A stretch of 31,100 bases of DNA, taken from Escherichia coli. Its GTDB lineage: Bacteria; Pseudomonadota; Gammaproteobacteria; Enterobacterales; Enterobacteriaceae. The notes under the pieces were generated by a model, which saw nothing but the letters and a program-made list of their open reading frames with translations, ran no database searches and was not told the DNA's origin. The DNA is taken from the NCBI RefSeq assembly GCF_003334765.1, contig NZ_QOWT01000040.1. One strand, 5' to 3'. Position 1 is the first letter of the stretch. Each line of letters opens with the position of its first letter. The position numbers were made by a program, and so were the translations under genes. Positions 1 to 6,520 of the stretch are shown in pieces.

Positions 1-74
1 AAATCGGCTCAAACATGAAGAAATGAAATGACTGAGTCAGCCGAGAAGTATTTCCCCGCTTATTCGCACCTTCC
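1..74 (+). mobile_element. IS5 right-end fragment; the element body lies left of the window
   Basis: Bases 1-74 match, from memory, the last ~75 bp of IS5. The reverse complement of 59-74 is the terminal inverted repeat GGAAGGTGCGAATAAG. The next 4 bp, TTAG (75-78), fit the IS5 YTAR target/duplication site. Not verified by alignment. Confidence 0.85.
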
Positions 75-130
75 TTAGTCGCGCGCTGAATGGAATTTAC
101 GCCTCTTTGGAAACATCTGATTGGGGAATA

Positions 131-487
131 ATGAAGTTATTTGAGGATTTAGCATATAGAAATTATAAGTCAAGCGCATGGTCCGCTATGCTAAGAAATA
201 AATTAAGATTGAGAATGGACGATAAGCTTGATGAAAAGATAATTTCAATAATTAATGAGAAAGAGCTTGGTAAAAAGTTTTATAGAATTGACAGAGATCG
301 TTTGTTATCGTTAATGTTAGATTATAATATTGATATACCAATTAATCTTAATAATATAATTTACCTTTGTAATTATTTTTTCATAAAATCTACGGAGCTT
401 CAGGATATAGCCCCTGCTTTAATAATGAAAAAGCTTACAGATGCTGATGAAAAATTCAATAAAAATACTATTTTAGCATCTAAATAA
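131..487 (+). CDS. hypothetical protein, 118 aa from ATG 131 (TTG 107 gives the 126-aa ORF)
   Basis: Very AT-rich ORF with no motif I recognise. The same frame stays open leftwards across the IS5 junction to a stop at 29-31, so this may be the 3' part of a gene split by IS5. A hairpin follows the stop codon. Confidence 0.45.
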   Translation: MKLFEDLAYRNYKSSAWSAMLRNKLRLRMDDKLDEKIISIINEKELGKKFYRIDRDRLLSLMLDYNIDIPINLNNIIYLCNYFFIKSTELQDIAPALIMKKLTDADEKFNKNTILASK

Positions 488-504
488 TAACTATCTCCGG
501 CTAT

Positions 505-534
505 TAAGTAGGCCTTGTATTTTAGGCCTACTTA
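505..534. repeat. 11-bp inverted repeat hairpin after the small ORF; possible terminator without a U-tract
   Basis: TAAGTAGGCCT (505-515) and AGGCCTACTTA (524-534) are perfect reverse complements with an 8-nt loop. Neither strand has a clear T-run after the hairpin. Confidence 0.4.
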
Positions 535-866
535 AAAAGTTTCATTATGTGAAGTGATGATGATAGCAAATCTGATATCTTTATGGTTGGATGCGAGAAA
601 ATATTTTTATCCCGACACAACAACTGGTAATGATAGAAAATTTAAACCCAAAAATGCTACAGTAGCCTCAGCTCACAAACGGAGTATAAAGTGGCGGTTA
701 CTCTTTAGTGGGAATACTGTAGATAGTTGATAAACTGGGCTGGATTTTCTTTTCTAACCGAAGGGAAGAAAAGCAAGGGGAACCCAAAGAAACAAGCGCA
801 GCGGCTTCGTAGGGTTAGCCCTTGCTTCTTTTATAATTGGCATTATTCATTCAAGAACAATAGGAT

Positions 867-886
867 CTTCGCTTGTACAAGCGAAG
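867..886. repeat. perfect 20-bp palindrome CTTCGCTTGT|ACAAGCGAAG
   Basis: The reverse complement of 867-876 equals 877-886 exactly. It lies in an ORF-poor AT-rich stretch downstream of the ParB-like genes. Half-site fragments ACAAGCG (792-798) and CTTCG (805-809) occur about 70 bp upstream. Confidence 0.8.
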
Positions 887-1539
887 CTATAATAAAAAAT
901 CAATTAATTATTTTAAAAGTATTAAGCAAGAGCCTATTGACATTCGTAAAATAAAAGTTATTTTTAATGTATGCCATAAATAAAAAGTTTTATGTCATAT
1001 GTATCCTGCACTATGTGCAGTTAATGTGCCACTTGTCCCATATATGGGAATATTGGAAAGGTTACTTTGTTTTGAAGTAGCCTTTCGTCCTTCAATATTC
1101 ACGATTACTTATTGCTATTACCAAGTCCAGTCGAATCGAAGAACATCTTTTATCTGAAACGACTCCTAATACCAGGTTGAAGCCACAATATCTCTCGCAT
1201 AAGTAGACCAAAGAAAAATTATGATATTAACTATGTGATTTTTTTTAGTGTTAAGTTGAATAATTATATACTGGAGAGTTTTCTGTACACTACCAATTGC
1301 TGGTTCATCTGTTCTGCCGCTGATGTTTCTGACTAATCTCCCGGTGACACAGAACTGTCCCTCTCTACCAGCCTTTATTCGACTCAATGTCCGGCTGCTG
1401 ATACGCAGTTATCCCTTCGTATCAATGACTGACTCTTAAACGCAATGCTTTGGTTGCTGGCGTATCTGACAGCTTCTTCGGCGTGAAGGTCGTTGTGTAA
1501 GTATACTTCTTGGTTTATTTAGGCTATATAAAACCATGA

Positions 1540-2436
1540 CTATGACTGGCTGTTTTCAGTAAGAGTCTTATCATCCAAAGAATTTATTCTAGAAATTCTT
1601 TTTAACTCATTAAGATAATCAACCTCGTTTTCTAAGAACCAATGAAGAACTTTAGAGTTGCCAAGTAATTTATTAATATATGACTGGATTATAACGAATT
1701 TCAACATATCTGAACCATACTCGGTTTGAAGTTTTTTCGTTTCTTCCGAAGTTGTTGCCATTTCTTGTTCCAGACGAAGTATGGTTTTTTTTATGTCCTT
1801 TTTATAGGGAGTGTTTTTCCCTTTATTTACTATCATCGATGACGGTGTTGCATCCAAGATGCTCATTGCAAATTTTTTACTATAATTATCAAAATTAATC
1901 ATTGTACCGACTGCTTCAATTTGACGAATTGGCTTCATTTTCCTCAAAACGTCAAATGTAGCCTTAGGTATAGGTTTATCAGAAAGTTTCGCAATTACAC
2001 TTGGATCTATGCCGTTCATCACATTAGCTTTATCTTTTATGGCATCAACAGATATGCCCAAAGCAGCACTAAGTTTTTCAATTGATACTTTTGCCAGAGA
2101 CTTAATTATCATTCTATGTTCTTCAACTACATTTATATGATTCACTTGTTTGTTAGGAGTGAAAGCATCATCTATGCTCGAAAGTATACATGGAGCTTTT
2201 TCTATATCTAAGTCTTTTAAAGCCTCAACCCTTAAATGGCCATCAAGTATCTTAGTGACATCTTTATCTTTGTCATAGAATACTATTATTGGTTCAATAA
2301 TACCCAAGCTTTCGATAGAGGTAACTATTTGATGATATTTATGGCTTCGCTTTACGTTTTCTAATAATTCCTTAGATGGAATTAACTTATTAGTTTCCAG
2401 GTAAATAAAATTTTTGCCAAAACGTATCTGAATCAT
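1540..2436 (-). CDS. ParB/Srx N-terminal domain protein B (298 aa), third gene of the triad
   Basis: ParB-like motifs: SIESLGIIEPIIV (compare GLLQPIxV), ILDGHLRVEAL (a D-G-x-x-R patch at residues 65-69) and an HTH-like IEKLSAALGISVDAIKDKANVM. Its ATG shares ATGA (2433-2436) with the upstream stop. An AGAGGT Shine-Dalgarno sits 6 nt upstream. Confidence 0.8.
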   Translation of the reverse strand: MIQIRFGKNFIYLETNKLIPSKELLENVKRSHKYHQIVTSIESLGIIEPIIVFYDKDKDVTKILDGHLRVEALKDLDIEKAPCILSSIDDAFTPNKQVNHINVVEEHRMIIKSLAKVSIEKLSAALGISVDAIKDKANVMNGIDPSVIAKLSDKPIPKATFDVLRKMKPIRQIEAVGTMINFDNYSKKFAMSILDATPSSMIVNKGKNTPYKKDIKKTILRLEQEMATTSEETKKLQTEYGSDMLKFVIIQSYINKLLGNSKVLHWFLENEVDYLNELKRISRINSLDDKTLTENSQS

Positions 2437-3329
2437 TTTGATACCTCTTTGTTTACTGGGTTTAATATCTGAGATGGTAGTTCTGAAAGATTCTCTTGTT
2501 CAAGTATATTTTGAAAGCTTTTATTCATCATTATGATGTTAAAAATCTCATTTATTATTAGTAGATTGGTTTTTATAAATTTCGAGTTGTTATAAACAGA
2601 TTTATGTTCAGCGATACTATTTTCATAAAGCTCAATCAACTCCTCTGCAGTCATCCTTTTTGATGGTTTGTGATAATAAAATCCGGCTGCTTTTGCACCT
2701 TTATTCCCAACTGTTCTTTGATTTAGAATGTATTTTATCTTTATAATGTCCCGACTTTTTATTAATTTTTTATCATATGCTTCGGTAAGAATATCTTGTG
2801 CTTCCTCAGTTTCACATCTTGCAAATTGCACTGCGAGATACAGAGGCAAATTACCCCGTTCGACTGCTGAGAGAAGTTTATGCTCTCCCTTATCAAGAAG
2901 CATATTAATACTGCTCACCCAGTTCGATGAATATCCAGTAATCTCACTTATTTCGGAGTCTGAAAGTCCTCTGATTTTCATGTCTTTAATCACCTGTAAT
3001 AACTCATTAGAACGTGGTCTTCTCCTTGCAATGTTTTCAACTAAACTCATAACGTAAGCATCTTCTTCTGATACATCTCTTATAATTGCTGGAATAATAG
3101 TTTCACCTAATGCAACAAGAGCCTCTATTCTCCCTTGACCACAAATTAAAGCATATTTGAAATCGTCTTCATCAATAGCTCTTACGCTTATAGGCTTGCT
3201 TAATCCTCTTTTTTTTATGCTTTCCTTTATTTCTTCATGCACTACCTTATTTCTTGTTCGTGGGTTAAGAAATTTTATTTTTGCAATCTCAATTTGAATT
3301 ATTGGGAATTCATTTTTTTCAGGCAGCAT
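2433..3329 (-). CDS. ParB-like N-terminal + HTH domain protein A (298 aa), second gene of the triad
   Basis: Motifs: FLNPRTRN, GLSKPISVRAI and ICGQGRIEAL (a reduced GxxR arginine patch at residues 64-67). SLVENIARRRPRSNELLQVIKDMKIRGLSDSEISEITGYSSNWVSSINMLL parallels the ParB ENLQR...HTH segment. The C-terminal ~120 aa is unrecognised. A GAGGGA Shine-Dalgarno sits 5 nt before ATG 3327-3329. The start overlaps the recombinase stop by 11 nt. Confidence 0.8.
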   Translation of the reverse strand: MLPEKNEFPIIQIEIAKIKFLNPRTRNKVVHEEIKESIKKRGLSKPISVRAIDEDDFKYALICGQGRIEALVALGETIIPAIIRDVSEEDAYVMSLVENIARRRPRSNELLQVIKDMKIRGLSDSEISEITGYSSNWVSSINMLLDKGEHKLLSAVERGNLPLYLAVQFARCETEEAQDILTEAYDKKLIKSRDIIKIKYILNQRTVGNKGAKAAGFYYHKPSKRMTAEELIELYENSIAEHKSVYNNSKFIKTNLLIINEIFNIIMMNKSFQNILEQENLSELPSQILNPVNKEVSK

Positions 3330-4875
3330 ATAGTTCCCTCACTTTCATGCGAGTAATAATTTGTAGAAATTTATCAAGATTATCAAATCTATAGAGATCT
3401 AACCGAATGTTGTTTGTTTCCATCATACACATTTTACTATATTCGTTTTCAATCTTTGGTATGATATAAAAATCAAGAGGTGAAATATTTTGTGAATTCA
3501 TTCGTATAACAATTGTTATGTCTGCTTTCTGTGAGTTATCAAACCGGACTTTCCATCTAAGTTTACCTGATTTCATATGTATGCATTTAGTAACAAGGAC
3601 GGAAATTAAAAACTCATCATTGATGTAAAGCATTGGGTAATATTTATACTCGTCTATATGACAGTTACTTTTTAATATTTCGCCCTTAAAATCCTCAATT
3701 ATCTCTGAGTAAAATGATCTTAGTGCTTCATTTATTTGGAGATAGCTGTAATCATGTTCTGGCTTATAACCAATCAAAGTATATGCTCTTAAAAGACCAC
3801 CAAATCGGGTTCTATAAACAGAAGATGAAGGGCCTGTATCATCTTCATCAATGATAAAGCCTGATAGTTTTCCATTAGATTCTAATTTTTCTTTTAGCTT
3901 TTCTAATAGATCTTCATTAGTCAAATGAATGGATCGGAGCTGAATTATTTCTTGAGCTTTATTATATTTTTTCTTTGAAATAATTGGTTTATATGCCTTG
4001 TCACATCTAATCCATTCATGTTTGGGGTTTTTTACAAGCTTACTTTTTAGTTTAGATGAGGTTTTGTTATATATGTTGTTTCCAATATATTTTTCATTTG
4101 TCAAAATTTGATGTATTTTTGCACGAGTCCATGATGTTCCATTTTCTGCAGGTATGCTCTGTTCATTTAATCTCTCAGCAATAATGAATTCTGGGACGTT
4201 ACTATCTATAAAGAGATCATAGATTCTATTTACAATTTTTATTTCATTTTTTGGTCCCGGAATTAATATTACCCTATCTGTTTGAATACTCTTTCTTTTG
4301 CGGAAATTCAATATTTCTTTAGCTATGCCATTTTCGTCTACTAAAAGACGTCTCAGCCCATAACCAGCCATACCGCCTTGATGATAACCAAGCTTTATTA
4401 AATTTACTTGCCCTATAAATACCTTTTCAGATAGATTCCTGCTGTGATATGCAGCACTTGATCTTTTTATATTCAGTATAACAGAGGACTCTAAAGGGAA
4501 ATCTTTAGTGGGTATAGGTTCGGAACAATATATAAGATCTACACCATTTCTTTCAAATAGAAAGGAATAATATGCAGCTTCATCACTATTTTGAAAACGA
4601 CCAAAACGGCTCACATCATAAAATAATACAGCCTGTATATCTATTTTCTTTTGTTCTACATCGCTAAGTAACTGCTGCAAAGAATGCCTGCCTACGATAC
4701 TGACTCCGCTCTTACCTGCATCATCGTAGGTATAAGCGATTTCCATATTGTTCTTTTCAGCATAATCTTTGATATATTCAGACTGATTATGTAAAGAATA
4801 TTGCTGATGGTCGGTAGACATCCTCAAGTACTGTGCGACCCTAACTCTATGATTTTTTTCATTTCCGCTAGCCAT
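3319..4875 (-). CDS. large serine recombinase family protein, 518 aa from ATG 4875 (ORF opens at TTG 4881)
   Basis: Resolvase catalytic-domain motifs: YLRMSTDHQ (the nucleophile Ser context), DAGKSG and VSRFGR. Recombinase-domain motif: WTRAKIHQILTNEKYIGN. No CxxC pair occurs anywhere in the protein, so no zinc ribbon is apparent. A GAGG sits 8 nt before ATG 4873-4875. Confidence 0.85.
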   Translation of the reverse strand: MASGNEKNHRVRVAQYLRMSTDHQQYSLHNQSEYIKDYAEKNNMEIAYTYDDAGKSGVSIVGRHSLQQLLSDVEQKKIDIQAVLFYDVSRFGRFQNSDEAAYYSFLFERNGVDLIYCSEPIPTKDFPLESSVILNIKRSSAAYHSRNLSEKVFIGQVNLIKLGYHQGGMAGYGLRRLLVDENGIAKEILNFRKRKSIQTDRVILIPGPKNEIKIVNRIYDLFIDSNVPEFIIAERLNEQSIPAENGTSWTRAKIHQILTNEKYIGNNIYNKTSSKLKSKLVKNPKHEWIRCDKAYKPIISKKKYNKAQEIIQLRSIHLTNEDLLEKLKEKLESNGKLSGFIIDEDDTGPSSSVYRTRFGGLLRAYTLIGYKPEHDYSYLQINEALRSFYSEIIEDFKGEILKSNCHIDEYKYYPMLYINDEFLISVLVTKCIHMKSGKLRWKVRFDNSQKADITIVIRMNSQNISPLDFYIIPKIENEYSKMCMMETNNIRLDLYRFDNLDKFLQIITRMKVRELYAA

Positions 4876-5157
4876 GCACAAAACCTCATGGATGATTCAA
4901 TACAATGTAGAGGATAAAATTGATCAAATTTTAACCGAATTCAACTGTTTTATCATTGATTAGAGCGAATTTGGTAGTTCTTCGAGGTGTATGATAATCG
5001 AGAAGAGATGTGAATTATTTAGCTGATATGACCGACAGCTTTCGTTATGTGGCCTCAAGGTACCCATTTGTAAATGGCTATGCTTAGTCCACATAGGTTA
5101 ATGGTGTGATCATTAATTCTTCAAATAAATCAAGATAGTTAACCCATCATGGAAGAG

Positions 5158-6387
5158 TTATGCGGCAATAACTTTGTATTTTTGAGACGAAACATAGTCA
5201 CTCCACCATTGCATGAGAACCACACGTTCTGTGAGATACTCTGCACGATTGTAGGCTGCAATTATTTCATCTTTTTTCGAGTGGGCAAGGGCGGCTTCTA
5301 AGACATCAGTTCTAAACTTGCCACACTCCTCAGCCGCCGTTCTAGCGATTGATCGCATACCATGAGCTACAAGCTCACCTCCGAAGCCCATACGGATTAT
5401 AGCCGCATTAGCTGTTTGTTCATGCATGTGATTGAGTGGAGCTTTGATACTGGGAAAAACCCACTCTCTATGCCCGCTGATGGCTTTCATTGAATCCAAG
5501 ACTCGCAAAGATTCTTTGCTCAGTGGAACTTTGTGAGGCTTCTTCATTTTCATAAACTCCGCCGGGATGTTCCACATGCTGGTTTCTATATCAATATCTG
5601 ACCATCTTGTGCGAACAGCTTCACCAGGGCGAACCCATGTGAGAAGTTGCCACTCAATCAGTAGCCTTGTTTCTAAACGGATAGAAGCATTGTTTAGAGC
5701 AACCAGGAAGCGGGGGAGTTCGGAAGGGGGTAATGCTGGCATATTCTGTTTTTTTGGCTTGCTGAACCGTTGCCCCAGGTTGTCAGCCGGATTGAATTCT
5801 ATGAGTTCTTCTGTTGCTGCATAGCGGAAAATTTCATTCAGGCGGGATATGACGCGGCGAAGTGTTTCAAGGACACCTCGTTTTTCTATGGGGTCTAAAT
5901 GCTGTTTAAGCATTTTAGGGCGAATCTCCTTAATGGGGGTATCACCCAACGTTGGAAAGATATTTCTCTCTAGGCTTCGCCAGATGTCGTTAGCATGATC
6001 CTGGGAGATGCCTGACGTTTTGACTTTCTCATCAAGCCACTTCTTGGCTACTGCTTGAAATGTATGTTCCGTTGCATCCTTAAGGGCATTGGCTTTGTGG
6101 GTGTTATGAATTTGTGGGTCTATACCATTTGCAAGCAACGACAAGTACTCATCACGTAAAGCTCGTGCCTTCGCAAGTGTAAGGTGAGGATAGGTTCCTA
6201 AGCTCACCTTAGTTCGCTTTTTGGTCACAGGCACTGCATATCTGAAATACCAATTTTTCTTTCCTCCCTTCGCTAAGGGGGCGATTCGCAGGAGCAAACC
6301 ATCGCCGTCAAAAAGGTTAACCTCTTTCTCGGCAGGTTTGGTGCTTTTGATTTCAGTGTCAGTGAGCTTCTTAGCGATTTTTGCCAT
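5158..6387 (-). CDS. int: P4/IntA-family tyrosine integrase, 409 aa from ATG 6387
   Basis: The N-terminus MAKIAKKLTDTEIKSTKP...FDGDGLLLRI is typical of P4-type integrases. Catalytic-region motifs: TWVRPGEA, HGMRSIART, LAH and AAYNRAEY. It lies directly next to the 3' end of ssrA. The 457-aa ORF extension to 6531 is rejected because it runs through the ssrA terminator hairpin, and a GAGGG Shine-Dalgarno precedes ATG 6385-6387. Confidence 0.9.
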   Translation of the reverse strand: MAKIAKKLTDTEIKSTKPAEKEVNLFDGDGLLLRIAPLAKGGKKNWYFRYAVPVTKKRTKVSLGTYPHLTLAKARALRDEYLSLLANGIDPQIHNTHKANALKDATEHTFQAVAKKWLDEKVKTSGISQDHANDIWRSLERNIFPTLGDTPIKEIRPKMLKQHLDPIEKRGVLETLRRVISRLNEIFRYAATEELIEFNPADNLGQRFSKPKKQNMPALPPSELPRFLVALNNASIRLETRLLIEWQLLTWVRPGEAVRTRWSDIDIETSMWNIPAEFMKMKKPHKVPLSKESLRVLDSMKAISGHREWVFPSIKAPLNHMHEQTANAAIIRMGFGGELVAHGMRSIARTAAEECGKFRTDVLEAALAHSKKDEIIAAYNRAEYLTERVVLMQWWSDYVSSQKYKVIAA

Positions 6388-6483
6388 GTTTGGGACCCTC
6401 ATGTTTTGGACCCTTTGTGTTGGGTCCCAAAAAGGGTGCCATAACGAGTAGATTCTAGCAATTCTCGGTAGACTACTATAGAC

Positions 6484-6520
6484 GTAAAAAAGCCCGCAAG
6501 GCTGGTTCCATGCGGGCTTG
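6484..6520 (-). terminator. rho-independent terminator downstream of ssrA, on the island side
   Basis: 9-bp stem AAGCCCGCA (6490-6498) / TGCGGGCTT (6511-6519). On the minus strand the hairpin is followed by TTTTTT. Confidence 0.7.

Noticed and set aside
557-730. 57-aa ATG ORF (MMIANLISLWLDARKYFYPDTTTGNDRKF...), below the ORF-track cutoff
   Set aside because: No clear ribosome-binding site and no recognisable motif. I kept it only as a note inside the finding on the ORF-poor region. A homology search could rescue it.
765-886. Idea that the two stem-loops are a retron msr/msd or another reverse-transcriptase-linked ncRNA
   Set aside because: No reverse transcriptase gene is present in the island and no flanking a1/a2-type long inverted repeat was found. 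The structures are better explained as protein-binding palindromes or plain hairpins.
727-954. 75-aa + strand ORF in the ORF-poor region
   Set aside because: It has a TTG start and no Shine-Dalgarno, and its composition is low-complexity. It runs straight through the stem-loop at 765-832 and the 20-bp palindrome at 867-886. It is more likely non-coding.
1166-1387. 73-aa minus-strand ORF
   Set aside because: It straddles the composition break. The N-terminal half lies in the GC-normal patch and the C-terminal half in an AT-rich low-complexity run (IIIQLNTKKNHIVNIIIF). It has no Shine-Dalgarno. At best it is a remnant fragment.
2728-3057. 109-aa + strand ORF antisense to ParB-like gene A
   Set aside because: It lies entirely inside a well-supported minus-strand CDS. 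It is a shadow ORF in AT-rich DNA.
1540-3329. Canonical parABS plasmid/chromosome partition locus
   Set aside because: No ParA/Walker ATPase gene is present in the operon or elsewhere in the island. There are two ParB-like genes rather than one, and they are coupled to a recombinase.
5567-6451. + strand ORFs 5567-5824 and 6221-6451 inside the integrase gene
   Set aside because: Antisense shadow ORFs within a confidently identified CDS.
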